NCBI GenBank assembly: GCA_000934665.2 | Contig: JYFJ02002367.1 | Location: forward strand, 1 to 58,514 | Length of the DNA: 58,514 nucleotides | Direction of reading: 5' to 3' | Source of the DNA: Catajapyx aquilonaris | Taxonomy: Eukaryota | In this document: positions 22,272 to 35,255 of the stretch, one piece after another | Numbering within the stretch: position 1 is the first letter of the stretch | Layout of the letters: the number at the start of each line of letters is the position of its first letter | The notes under the pieces: model-generated | The model's database searches: none | Told to the model about the DNA's origin: nothing | What the model saw: the letters and a program-made list of their open reading frames with translations, nothing else | Position numbers and translations under genes: made by a program

Positions 22272-25200
22272 CTGGGGAAATATCAACAGGTTAATTAGCA
22301 AGACTGCTGTCAGAAGGAAATAGTGACTAGGTTACACATGTGGTTCAGACAGTGGTTGGGAACAGCTAACCACTAGTCAGGTAACTTAAACCGTTGACTC
22401 TGCTAAATAGCTAATGCCAAACAGCAAAAAAAATATAAAAAATATAAAATAGCAGGAGCTGATTCTAACTTTTATTACTGTATTACCGCTCATAAAGCAG
22501 CTTGCCGGTATAAACATATAAACGAGGTTGACCAGCATGCCGGTACAACAAGAGGTAGATATCCGTAATTTTGATCCCTGCCAAATTTTTTTGAATGCTT
22601 CTGGTACCATTCTAAAATAATGGTACAATGAAAATGGGTGAGTGTACAGGCTGTGAGAATATGCAAGTTCTGTTGCACAGTGCATATAAAAATGTAGTGT
22701 GTGTGACCAATCCCATTGTCAGCCTGCTTTGACAGGGGAGCCCCCTGCTCCAACATACTGTTTAAATAGAGATTATTGCCAAACACTGCAATTGAAAACA
22801 ATATATGGTACGGGTACCCTATTTGGAAAATGTGCCTTTTTGATAGCCTTTACGTGAATTTCGAATTTCAGGCAAATGTCAAGTTCAGAAGGATAATGTA
22901 ACTTATGTGAAAAGCTCGCCTTATACCGGCATGCCGGTATAGCCACCAGATCGTGCATTTCTAAAAACTGGTCGACCTCAACTACACTGGCATGCTGCTT
23001 TATGAGAGGTAATATGGTATATGAATATAGCCTCTTTTTTGGCTCTATGACCCTTTAAAAAATTAAAACAGACCTATACTGCTACAGCCTAGAGAGCACT
23101 GCTACACATATGCCTTATTTAGTTATTTACTGTTCCGTAAATTTAAAAAAAGTCTAATTTTAACATAAGTATTACAGTACATTTTACAATCGGAAAATGT
23201 AATTCACTTTGGCTGGACCTCTCTGACTCCATTGTTTCGAAGTCGTGATGGCGGTTGTCCTTCGAAAACATCAGCCTCTCATTCTCTCCTGTCATCCGAG
23301 AGGGTGGCTCTCTTGGCTGGTTCAGCGACACTACACTCTGGCAGAGTGGCATTAGCAGTCTAGCATACAAAATTAACTTGGGCTTAGGTGATCCACCTGC
23401 TTTCACCTACCTGAACTGGCAAGTGGGAAGTGGGCCAAGTGAAAACCCTGCGCAATGCTGCTCAGAAAACAACACTCAGCGAGACAGGAACATGCATGAA
23501 TTTTGTTAGTGGACTTACATTTAGCAAAACTAAACTTAGCAGAAGAGCGGAAGCTAATTGGTCCGCCGACGGTTTACAAAGTTAGCGAAAACGCTTATCA
23601 GCTAACCAAAAAGTTAGCTGCGCTAATCGGTGGTTAGCCCTGCCCACCACTGGGTTCAGAGGGTGAATGCAAGTGGAAATCAATAGTTCCCCCAACTTAT
23701 CACCCATTTCCCCTGAGTTTACAGTACTATTCTTTATTTACAAGATACTTGACTAAAACAATCAACTCACCAATGTTGATTCTGCCCCCATTGAGTCCCT
23801 GCATGGCAATGTTGAACCCTTGACCCTCCTTGCCCAAAAGGTTGTCCAGTGGAACTTTGCAGTCTTCCAGGATGACAGCTCTAGTTGGCTGTGAGTTCCA
23901 CCCTACCTTCTTCTCCTTCCTGCCAAAGCTGAGTCCAGGGCTTCCCTTTTCCACAACAACACAAGATATCCCCCCAGGGCCATCATTACCTGTCCTGCAC
24001 ATTATCAGGTACACATCAGATTCACCTCCACCACTTATGAATGCCTGAGAACAGAAATGATATTGCAGAGTGATCAGATTTTTAAATGGAATAATTGTGA
24101 GACCTGAAGATTTCCTTAGTCTGCTTGTGATCCTTTCTCCAAACATATTTCTAAGGAACTGACTGCTCTAGCAGCACATTTATTGGCTGCCGGCAAGTAC
24201 ACAATGAGGAATACCTAAACATGCCTGAAATACTGTCACAAAATACTGACTCCGAAAATAATATGGTGTTTTTTCTTGTATGCAGCATCAGAGTAATCTC
24301 CCAACTGTTGCACAGAGATCACAACATAATGTGACTTGAAATGCCTGGCCTGAGCCTATATCCAGGCCTTCAAACTCTCCAGTCACTCACCATTTGCAAG
24401 ATACAGGTGCATCATTCTCCAAGGAAAAAAAGTGCTGCTACTTTGAAGAGGTGAAAATTTTAAAGTTCTGGAACACTAGAGTATCTTCTGCAGCATGCCA
24501 TAATTTTGTATTCAGACAAAAGCTGGGTTGAAGTCAGGGCTCCCTGAAGGTCAGTTGAAATCCTTATGAACTAGGGAACATTTCTCCCTGGCAACCCAAG
24601 AGAAGTCTTAGCTTCACGATTAAGTGGTACCAAGAGCTAATGGTGGTACCGGTGAAATATGGTTTCATATAAATAGTGTAGCATCTTGTCCAATACGTCA
24701 TCCTAGGATACAGTAGTGACTGTATGATGACTTTCTAGAGTTAATCAGAACTTTGAACTGGCCTTTGGGGAACCACAACATCATTCCACTGGGCTGGCAA
24801 GTGTGGCATAAATGAGGAAGCAGCCGCCAAAAGCGGCTATCTTTGATTTTTGTCGTTTTTGAGTTAACACCACCATTAAAATCTTCAAGTAAAGGCGCAC
24901 CTAATGAGCCAAACAGCCAGATCGAAGTGAGTTTTATTGGGGCCAAAATAAAATGATGAAATCTGATGAATCAGCCAAAGCCGGCTATCTTCGTCAAACG
25001 TGATCAGGTAAAGTCTGCTATCTTCGCCCGATTTTAGAATTGAATAGTTCCAGATGGAGTACTCTTGTGTTTTTTCCGACGGTTTTCCCCGCAAATGCAT
25101 TTCTGCCAATGACACTGGTGAGGGTATAGGAGCAGTACACTATACTCCCAATTATCTGGGTGCGGATTATCCATGCATCGCCAAAAAATAACATTTACAA

Positions 25201-28200
25201 TAAAATCCCCCAAAAATGTAAATGAGTCTCGCTAACGGAAGAACTATGACAGCCTTTTCTAGAAGACAAACTAACAATCTGTGGCAAGTTTTATTATTTT
25301 TATTAAACCTTATTTAAAGCATCGTACAGTAGTTCATTAAAAACCTGTGAATAGCTCATTTTTACTGTATCTACAGCCTTTCATTGATTATCGGGGTTTT
25401 TGTATTATTCGGCGACACTCACACAGTGCATTCATTAGCCCGGATAATCTGGAGTGCAGTGCATCTCACAAAGTACTACGAGGGTGGTTCAGTAAATAAC
25501 CTTACGAGTTGATTTACAAATTTGTACTATGCGTTATGTGAACTATTCTTGCTGTAGGTGGTACGGCCATTCGTGTAGTAGGTATGGAGTGTTTCAGATC
25601 CACCATGTGACACTAGGTAGTCAAGTGACAGCTATTTGAAGATGGCGACCCCACTGGAGGTGCGCACCAGAGAAGAGCAGCGGTTTCCTTGCCAGTGAAG
25701 GTGTGCAACCCACAGACATTCACCGTCGGATGAAGGCACAGTATGGTAGTGCCTGCATATCACTACAGCAGGTGTATGAATGGGCGTGGAAGTTCCCAGG
25801 AGGCTTGACAAGTCTGCTGGACACCCGACGATCTGGTCGCCCGCACACTGATGTCACAGACGAGACTGTAGCGGCCGCAGATGTGCTTATTTGTCAAGAC
25901 CAACGCATCAGTGTGAATAGTGGGAGTGTTGGGTCAATTGAGGTCATCATATACGAGCACCTGAGATAAGCAAAAGTGTCGGCCAGATGGGTTCCCAGGC
26001 AATTGACACATGAATTGAAGGAACTGCGTGTCGATGCGTGTGCAACGCTTCTCAGACTTTACGAGGAGGAAGAAGATGACTTTTTGCGTTGCGTAGAGAC
26101 TGGCGATGAATGCTGGGTGCATCACTTCCAGCCAGACCTAAACATTCCAGCAAAGAATGGCGACTCTCGTCTTCCCCAAAATCCAACTCCTCTTCTCTGG
26201 TGCACACCTCCAGTGGGGCCGCCATCTTCAAATAGCTGTCACTTGACTACCTAGTGTCACATGGTGGATCTGAAACACTCCATACCTACTACACGAACGG
26301 CCGTACCACCTACGGCAAGAATAGTTCACATAATGTATAGTACAAATTTGTAAATCAACTCGTAAGGTTATTTACTGAACCACCCTCGTATAACATACTT
26401 TATTCAGAAGACCAACTAAAAATCTATGCAAGTTTCATTATTTTGATTAAAGTTAATTAAAGCGGCATGCACTATATATGTACAGTAGTTCATTCAAAAT
26501 CTCCGAATAGCTAATTTTATAGTATCTAGGACCATTTTCCAAATATCCGTTTGTTCTGCTTATCCGGGCACACCCATGCACTAATTAGCACGGATAATAA
26601 TCGGGAGTGCAGTGCATTTGGTGCAATTTTCCTACCGGCACTTCAGGAAATTCTCAGTTCAAAATCTACGCTTCGCGATGGAAAAGCCAGTCAGCTATCT
26701 TCAAATCTTCTTCAGGCAATAGGTCAAAAGGTTATGGAGCCTGATTTTGTTGAATTCTGCCAATCATAACAGGTACCTAAGCTCTTGATTGTGGCATGAT
26801 CACAATTACAAATTTTCAGTTACACAACTTGTAACTAAAAATGTGGCATTTTCTCGGAATAGGGTTCGGCAAAGATAGCTGCTTTTGGCGGACGCATCCT
26901 AGAATATGAGATGATGGCCTGCAACTGAAGCTATTCAAAAGTTGCATCACTAGAAAAATCCCTCTTCATAGCAAGAATCAAAATTGCATTGGAAAAGGTG
27001 CATGTGTACAATAGGCCTACTACATTTGATGCATGGCTGCAGAGGCTGATGATCTGGATCCAGTGCCTAGGGTAGAGTGACATCAAAGCTCTACACAAAA
27101 AGTTTAGGTGAGCACTGTGATGTAACAAAATTAAATGCATCTCAGAAATCACAGACATTTTTGCTTGCACAGATGTCCATTGTATGTGACAAAACTAAAA
27201 AAGTTGTGTAATGAGAAAGATTCTGCTGCAACCAGCTTGTTATGGACAGGTTTCATGGTGGTAACTTTGTAATGTAAGTTATTACTTTTTGAACACAACT
27301 AAGGTAGACTGAGTAACTTAGCTATCAAAACTAGTGACATTACTTCCAAAGGTATTGAAACACAAGTTTTTGAGTTTCTCTCAGTTCCTCCTCAACATTA
27401 CTTACACTCATTGAAACCACAAGCTGTCTGACTTATAAGAAATTATCACTCTCACCTTAGATCCATTTAGGACATAATGATCCCCATTTTTCTTAGCAGT
27501 GGTTGTAAGAGAAGCTGCATCAGATCCGCTGCCAGGTTCAGTCAGGCAATAAGAGGCAAACTTCTCCATTGAGGCCAGGAGAGGGATCCATTTTGAACGC
27601 TGCGATTCCAAACCAAATGTGTCTATCATCCACACACACATGCTGCCAGTGAAATATAAATGCCATGGTCAAAATAATCAAGAGGGCAATTAGGGTGGTA
27701 GCGGTGGTAGCGGTGGTAGCACCAAATGGACACCTTGACTGAAATTTCATCCCATATGTGTAATCTTTCACTTGCTAATAGAATTGGGCATTGAAATGGA
27801 CGTCACGTGGCCAGTTTACACAAGTCACCTGACTTTTTTGGCACTGAGCTTATTATTATTAAGCAGTTACTTTCAGGGATTTTCATGATTATCATCGTAT
27901 AACAACAGATTGGAAGGAAAAAAATTCTGACAAGAATACTGTACATATAGATAGAATTCCATGATACTGGTATCCAGATTGGTCGAAAGTGGAAATAGTC
28001 AGAAAACCAACAATTGTGATGGAGGGGGAGGACAACATGTCATGAATCTTCAACATCAATACCTTCAGTAGCTCACATATGTTTTCAATGGAAGGACTTT
28101 CAGATCGGCTGACCGAATTTGAGAGGGGTAGGGGTACATTGTCCCAACATAACCCATGACCTAACTTTCCTTCTCGGCGGATACAGATCTATTTTCAGCA

Positions 28201-31200
28201 GATGTAGGCCTAGGAAAGTAGGTATGAGCAGTATGAGTGCCGCGTCAACCGATATGAAAGTGTCGCCGTTTGCAACTATTAGGTGCATTCAATAAAAAAA
28301 AAATGGTTTATTGTGGAAAACCTATAAGACAGGTAATAACAGCAATTGGCAGAGACAACCTTCAAACCTTAAAAGAAAATGACGTGCATGCATGGCTAGA
28401 GGGAGCAGGCATCGTATCACATGATGAAAAGGGAAGCAATCCATCGAAAGGGCCGTACAAGCGCAATCCTTGCATGCGAGAATGCCATGATAATACCCGC
28501 CCTTTTACAACAAATTTGATCTTGTAATTATGATCTTGTGCATAAATTGAAGTGAAAGTCCTCTGCCATTCCCACACTAGAGTAGGCCTAGCCTACTGAC
28601 CTGTTCCCCTGTGACTTTCACATTTTTGGTGAACCGAAGAAAGCATTGTGCGGAGGCGGATTCCAGACAGACGATGAAGTAGAGGAGGGGTTGCGGATAT
28701 GGTTCCAGTAACAACCCAAGAACTTTATGAGCAGGGCATTGTACGCCTAGTGTCTCAATGAAATACTTTTGAAAGAAGTTACATGCTACATTGGATATAT
28801 AGCCTTCGGCCCGCTTTAAACTGACTGAATGGCACATTCGGTGGGTCCCTTCCCTTTTAATGGCGTGATGCGAAGCCTGCTACCTCTAGCTACATATGTG
28901 CATGCACATAATTTTCTTTAGGGTTTGAACCTGCCAATCAGCGTTATTGCCTGTCCCATAGGTTTTCCACAATAAATCCGGCTCATTTTTTATTCACTGC
29001 ACCTAATACAATCATCATAGGATTAGTGCATGCGCAAAAATTAAGTGAATATTAGTGGAAAATGTTACATTTAAAAAGCCCACTTTTGGATGTTAGGGTT
29101 CATCACTCCCTTGATCAGAGTGCATAGGAAGAGCATATGTGGTCCTGCAAGCTTAAAATTGTGAATCATGTGAACTGCCGACCTCCTCAGTCCCCCCCTG
29201 ACCTGCATTACCTCTGGCGTGGTGCAAAGTCCGAAGGATGTGTACCGTGTCCTGAAGTCCCTCACCGCAGGGGCAAAGTTATCCCCAAATCTCTTCTTCT
29301 TCTGAGAGGAGTTTGAACCGGTAGGCGGTAGGCCAGAAACAAGGTGGGCGATGTGACCGTGGAGATGTCTAGATGTCGAGACATCAGGGAAGAAGCCCCG
29401 GTACCACCTGTCTACCATTTCAGGGAGAAAGTGTCTCCCAATGGTAATCTCCGCAGCCCTCCTGGCTTCCCTGTCCGCAATCTCGGTGCCTTGCGTGCCC
29501 CTCACCCAGCAGAGGCAAACCTCCACATGGGAACTCCTTAGCATGTCCTGAGCCCTATGTGCCAAGGGCCACATACTTCCAGGGTTGGAAATGGCTTGAA
29601 GGGCCGACAAGGAGTCTGACACCACTAGCACCCGTTCAGTCATGTCTGGGGCTAGTTCTTTCACCAATTCTAAGGCCCTCATGATGGTTGTCAGTTCAAC
29701 TTGAAAGATGTCTGCTCCAACCACGTAGGGAATGTGCTCCATGAAAGAAATGTTCCCGGCCTCAATGCAGCTCACCATGGCTCCTCCAGCTCTCCCATCT
29801 CTCGTGACTGAGCCGTCCGTATTCAGGTGGCTGGTTGTGAGTCTGTGAATGTACCCTGGACCGAGCTGGTCGGGAAAGGAAGGTTTGGGTTGGTTCAGGC
29901 ATCCGCCTGAATCATAAGATGCCTATGGGGCTGCACGACAGCCAAATTCCAGGCTGGCAGAGACACTGTAAGTTCACTACTGTATCGTGGGAGTGGCCGA
30001 GGTCCGTGACTTTTCTCCAGGTGGTAGGAAAGTGAGAGTGCGCCTTCCTTCGGAGAGGAAGTAAAGCCGTCTGTCCCGTGTGCTTGTGACATTGCGCGAG
30101 TGCACGTTAAAGATCCCCAGAGTGGCCAAATTTCCAGGAGGACCACCACCCCCTAGCGTCAGTGTTGAGCCTTGCGGCAGAAATATGCCGACGTTAAGCC
30201 CCACTGAAAAATGTATCATGGGACTTGCAGGGGGCTGTTTCTTCGAAACAGAACACATTCCCAAGGCCATGAAACCAGGCCTCCGATATCTTTCCATTCA
30301 ACCTAATATTAGCAACTAATCTCTTTGAGAGCCTATAAAAGTAACTACTTAATTATAACCAGACTAGTTACAAAAATTTGATAACCACTATGGACATTTC
30401 AGTTTGAACACCCTGTGTATACTGTATGTTGGCCTCAAACTCCCAAAAATGGTCAGTGGGCCACTTGTGGCTGTTTTGAAAACGACTAATCTTATAGGTC
30501 TGTTTTTGTTTTTTTCGCCCAATGCCCATTTTCGGGGTTTGAACCTAATACATACATTGGAATGGAACAGTTCCTTGCAGCACATTTCAATGCAATATAT
30601 TGTTCATTTGGTGCAGCTCCACTAGGTATTCCAGACAGTACAAAATTGTAATATATACTTGTGAATACTGATGTATGCAGTGGTTGAGGTGCAACCTTGT
30701 GCAAGGGCTTCAAAAATTATGGATGCATCTAATCTGGACAGCCCTGAACCACCAAATTCTTCCTTAGCGTAGATGGCTCCAAATCCCAAGGATGCAGCCT
30801 TCCTCATGGCCTCCATGGGAAAGGTCTCGTTTTGGTCCCAGTCAGACATATTTGGTCCAAACTCGTTGTGCGCCAGGTCGAGTGCCACTCGTTGAATTTG
30901 GCGCTGCTCTGAGGTGAGGCCATCACAAGCTGCAGTGAAATATAAATTAGTATGGCACTAACAGATCAAAGCAGTCTTCCAACAGTGGGACCAGATATTA
31001 TAGGCCTGTGTCTAACACTCTCACTACCAAAACTATTCCTTTGCCTCTTGGTCACTCCTGAGGATTGCTCTTTGCCAAATATTTTCTGGAGATGTCTGAG
31101 CCATTATGTCACAATGTTGAATTTTTGGGTAAATTATTCAACACCCTTCTACAGCCAAGTGGTTTGCACTCTTTAAACGTGGTAAATATTATTGAATATA

Positions 31201-33907
31201 TCCACCTGAGACCTGATGTCCAATATATTGGACATCAGGTCTCAGGAGGATAAAGATGAAGTTTATCGATGCAATTTAACAATGGGGCTGGGGAGATGTA
31301 AAGTTCAGCTTAGAGACCAGCACTGCTCTAGGTGTTATAGAAACGCACAGCCGTGCACAGCCAAGAGAGAGAGGAACCGTTCTGTAGAATTGATTTGTGA
31401 AGTGATGCTCTTTGTAAAATTAAACTACTACTAGAAAACCACTCGCTGTGGACCTTGTTGTTAATGGTGCCCATCCAACAACTATCCCCATCATACTTCC
31501 CCCCTCCCCCCAAGGGTGCTTAGTTTGAAAATCCAGTTCCTATCTGTGGTTCCAATGATGGCTGTGATTCAAAATGGTAAATTGAGCCTACCCAATGTTT
31601 GTACAACAATACAGGGTGACCCTCAGTCTGTACACATTGGTACACTGCACTCCCTATTATCCGGGGAAAAGGCTGGCTCCAAACCTCTGTATTCGAATCA
31701 TGGGTAGGCCTATGCCCACAGTTATAAAGCAGTCTGATCAATAATGGTAACGTTCGAATTTCGAACTTACAGTTCTACACCAGTGCATATGGCCATTTTT
31801 CAATAACCGGCGACTACGCCAGGGACCTATTTGCTGCCCAATCGTGGGACAATCGGGGGACAGGTAGTGTTGGTGGAGAAGGAGAAAAGGTCCTGGTGAA
31901 GGGAGAGACTAAAAGCGACCTCACCCGCTGGCGGCCAACATGCAACTGAACGGGGGCCAATCGGAAGGTGGTGGCAACAATATGCGGTGGACCAATCAGA
32001 GGGCATAACCAAACACGTCCACTATGATTTTAAATTTATAGATGATGTAGTACAAAAATTGGAGTGTGTGCATGCTAAAGTACAAGTAAGAACTGAGAGA
32101 GAGAGGTGCTACATTGAACTGGTCAGAAAAAATCCTAAGATATGTAATTTGTAAGTGTGTAAAAGAATTACACATGATTGGCAAAGTCACACCCAAAGCA
32201 AACTTTCATAGCCTGGAATTTCTGACTGAAATAATAGCATTCAGTTCGGTACATCCTAATGATGCTTGAGATTCTACAACACCCTCATGAAATAGTCAAG
32301 GATGCAGCATACGAAAAATATTTCAGAACCTAGCTGTACATAAGGAACATGGAGTTCACTTTTCAGTATTTTGCAGGTTAGTCCAATGTTTGTGTGAGGC
32401 TGGCATATTAACAGTCACGTGACTGAGTGCAAATAGAGCTTGAACAGTGAAAGCTTCCATGATAGAATCACCAGGATCGCACTTTTCAGGCAGGTCACTT
32501 CTTTCAACAATTGCAAGGTCACTAACAGAACCCACTTGTGACTGTTATATGTAGGAACTGAGCTCATTAGGTGTTGCTGCAACTAAATTTTTCAATGTAG
32601 TTCTATTTTTGTACGTGCTGAACGTTGCTCCCTGGAATGTTGGCGTTTTTAAGGCTTCAAATGGAAATTAAATTCCATCACGTATGGCCTACCTGAGTGC
32701 TGTGAGAGGATTGCATAAAATCCTCAGGCATGTAGTATATGGTAAGGTCTTTGCTTGGCCAAATATCAATATCAATGATGATCATGTTGTCCTCATCCAA
32801 GAAGTGGTCCTGGCATTACCCTGGACTCAGACTTGCATACAAAATTTTCCCTTTTGAGTGCTGCCAGCCACTTTTGATCAGCAATTTATCACTTGGAAAA
32901 CGATGACCTCCCTTGTAGTAACACCCAAAAGCAGCACACGATTGGAATTTTGTAAAAATGACCGAGAGGACAAGTACAGCATCAAAACATTGCACTGCTG
33001 GCTGCGGCTGCTGTCTGCAACGTAACTCCAAGAGCGCTAGCATTCATAGCGGCCGGAAGTGGCTCTTGCCAGCCCTATACATGGATATAAGCTAAGCTCC
33101 TCAGGTTCATTAAGAAAAGTGCATCACATTATTTTGTTAACCCTTCACTATGGAGGTGGGTGAAACACCTTTAACTACGTAGGTGGAGCCTGAGCGGCTC
33201 CAACGGTATATTTAAATCCCTGCTTATCATCTCAATTGTTGTATTGGACTTTTCACATACAGAAAGTGCAGTTCAAATAATTAGGCTTCCGAAAACATAA
33301 AAATCACACGCTGAGTCAGCATATTCCGACAGAAAAAAAATCGTAATGAGGAACAGGTCCCACCTGGAGCCGCTCAGGCTCTACCTACGTAGTAAAGGGT
33401 GCTGTGTTGTTTTCCCTATTCAGACGAATTTTTTTCAGCCAACGAACGGTGACTAAAAATTATTTTTTCTTCTTTTCATGCTTGGGAAGGTTTTTGTGAC
33501 AAAGTCACAGAAGGACAGGGGGGAAAAAACATTTAATTAAAAAGTTACATGCATTTAAATAGTGGTTGGAGCCTCTCAGGCTCCACCTACGTAGTGGGTT
33601 AACCGACACATTCTTGGGCATCACTGGCAGTCTCACCTCCAATAACTGTCATGACATGCATTCATTGTGAAAAATTTTAAATTTTCCAAATTATTATTTG
33701 CACTGCATTATTGATGGTTCAGTTGTAGCTAAATGACTACCAGTCAAGTCTTGGGCAACCCTGACACATGAGAATGTTATTATGGCATTTTGATATGCAT
33801 CTCTTACGGTCCATGCTCCCATAGACATGCTGGCTACAGAGACGACTCTGGAGGAAACTCGCATGCCTGTGGATCTTGAGGAAAGACAGCAACCGAGACG
33901 AGGCCAT
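21865..33907 (-). CDS. ACAD8: Isobutyryl-CoA dehydrogenase, mitochondrial; spliced CDS join(33808-33907, 30659-30929, 27456-27642, 23771-24044, 21865-22271), 1239 nt, 412 aa
   Basis: The exons join in frame through GT-AG introns (phases 1,2,0,1). The protein has ACAD8-typical stretches: [122 protein letters not shown] and [13 protein letters not shown] (catalytic Glu). Confidence 0.95.
22478..23017 (-). mobile_element. MITE family B, copy 2, in ACAD8 intron 4
   Basis: TA-flanked; the reverse complement aligns to 6998-7114 plus 9130-9577. Confidence 0.85.
23771..24044 (-). CDS. ACAD8: ACAD8 coding exon 4
   Basis: Acceptor tttctgttctcAG; encodes [12 protein letters not shown]...GLNGGRINI; donor G|GTGAGT. 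Confidence 0.95.
25479..26388 (+). mobile_element. Mariner foldback: 5' half of the transposase closed by an inverted copy of the first ~200 bp (910 bp), in ACAD8 intron 3
   Basis: TA TSD; arms 25479-25677 / 26190-26388. Internal frames encode [14 protein letters not shown]..., [10 protein letters not shown] and [14 protein letters not shown]. Confidence 0.92.
27456..27642 (-). CDS. ACAD8: ACAD8 coding exon 3
   Basis: Acceptor tttcactggcAG; encodes [10 protein letters not shown]...[15 protein letters not shown]...NGSK; donor AAG|GTGAGA. Confidence 0.95.
28279..29006 (+). mobile_element. Decayed mariner derivative with TTAGGTGCA termini, ACAD8 intron 2
   Basis: TA|ttaggtgca...tttattgtggaaaacctat ... 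ataggttttccacaataaa...tgcacctaa|TA; remnants IVSHDEK, HDNTRPF and PCDF. Confidence 0.75.
29080..29940 (-). mobile_element. 3' fragment of a non-LTR retrotransposon with RNase H and a C-terminal zinc knuckle (R1/LOA/I-group-like)
   Basis: RNase H motifs [32 protein letters not shown] and [11 protein letters not shown], followed by a frameshifted [12 protein letters not shown]. Confidence 0.8.
30000..30210 (+). mobile_element. 5'-truncated SINE with a Nin/Deu-like domain
   Basis: gtaaagccgtctgtcccg...gcacgttaaagatcccc...aaatttcc...gacgttaagcccca resembles, from memory, Nin-domain SINEs such as tick Ruka. Confidence 0.55.
30659..30929 (-). CDS. ACAD8: ACAD8 coding exon 2
   Basis: Acceptor tttatatttcactgcAG; encodes [27 protein letters not shown]...TTAYISIH; donor AA|GTATAT. 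Confidence 0.93.
32280..32975 (-). pseudogene. Decayed THAP + DDE_Tnp_4 transposase (Harbinger/ISL2EU-like) in ACAD8 intron 1
   Basis: Manual translation across frameshifts and stops. THAP part: SCAAFGC..HRFPSD...[11 protein letters not shown]...[15 protein letters not shown] part: [21 protein letters not shown]...[39 protein letters not shown]...KILKSEL...SEIFFVC. Confidence 0.8.
33141..33598. mobile_element. piggyBac-type MITE
   Basis: TTAA|ccc ... ggg|TTAA. Internal inverted motif actacgtaggtggagcctgag / ctcaggctccacctacgtagt, with a third copy near 33366-33393. Confidence 0.7.
33808..33907 (-). CDS. ACAD8: ACAD8 coding exon 1 (mitochondrial transit peptide [33 protein letters not shown])
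   Basis: ATG at 33907 (context aaaATGg). The peptide is Arg/Ser/Leu-rich and acid-poor. The phase-1 donor C|GTAAGA joins exon 2 to give ...[11 protein letters not shown]. Confidence 0.85.
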
Positions 33908-34127
33908 TTTCCAGTAATTATGTAATGATACTGCTAATCATTCAGACTTCGAGAAGACTGCTGCAAGCCAGCTGGTGAGTGGTGACCAGAGACCTAGCGG
34001 CTGTATTTAGCCAAGCAGCTACAAAGACATTCACTGCTACTTTTAAATCGCCATTGAAAACGAAACTGCTCATGCGTTATTTTTACGAAGGTTTTTAGCT
34101 ACCAGCCCCCTGTCCGCCCCAGGCCCC

Positions 34128-34330
34128 TGTTGTTGTTGTTGTTGTTGTTGTTTGTTGTTGTTGTTGTTGTTGTTGTAAGCGTTTATTTATTACAGGGTCG
34201 GCCAGCGGCTCGTGCCGCTTGGCCGACCCTCTACAATTTTTTTTTGCAAAACCTCGTTACATATATATATAGCATCAAGATAGCATATAAATGATATAAT
34301 ACACTACTACACTAGAATACAATACAATTC
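34128..34330 (-). mobile_element. Retroelement 3' end: stem-loop, AATAAA and (CAA)n tail
   Basis: Minus strand reads agggtcggccaagcggc-acga-gccgctggccgaccct, then gtaataaataaac, then (caa)n, which is the (TTG)n run at 34128-34175. Confidence 0.6.
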
Positions 34331-34887
34331 AATACTATAGCTTTCTGCCCCCTCACTTTGTCTCTTCCACCCAAAGCTATCTGCTCTATACTATTACCAA
34401 GAGCTCTTGCTATTACTAGATGCATAACTCGCTCCCTTTCCATACGAGCAGAGTGATGCCAATCACGCCCAAAGTAAATATGGCGTCATCGTTACACTGG
34501 GCGTGATTTTAGCGGGCGTTTGAAACTACAATCAAAATGCTCATGTCAATGCGCCTGTAGGTAGCCTACATGTAGAAAACTGTATGAATTGATGGTGTGA
34601 AATTCTCCCGACGCAGGTTATTGTTGATCCACTTGGCGAGCAAGACAGGAAGTTTTCAAGGGGTAACTGCAATATTAAAAATTAAAAATTCCTTTTTGTA
34701 AGTGTGTACGGGTAAGTTGGACCCATAGAGGAAATTTGGACCACATGGCCACCTAGAGACAAGGCCGGGGCGCAGAAACGGGTGGATCTCTGTGACGTCA
34801 CGCTAGGGGGCGAGCTTTTCCATAGGCGGGCTATGGCGGGAGCACGTTTTTGTACACATAATTTCAGAGAATTTTGTCATACCAATG

Positions 34888-34888
<1 letters not shown>

Positions 34889-34944
<56 letters not shown>
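34889..34944 (+). repeat. (CAA)n microsatellite
   Basis: Direct reading. Confidence 0.95.
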
Positions 34945-35255
34945 CACGACATTTTCCTATGAGGGGTAGTCAGCGATGAAGGGAGACACAAGCTAACCCA
35001 ACAAGGCAGGAGCGTCGGAACGATTTCGTAGGGGGGGGGGGGNCAAAGTTTGTGACCCCGTAGTGTGAAGGTCGAAATAAGTCATGTACTGTGTTTGTTT
35101 GATATACTACATGCAAGGCTTAAGGACACAGGGATCGTCCATTAATTACGTAGACTCTTTTTTCACTATTTTCAACCCCCTTCCCCCCCTGTCTCTCCCA
35201 TGGTGAGTCTTGTATGCAATTCCTGACCTACCCCACACACACACCTTAACATACA

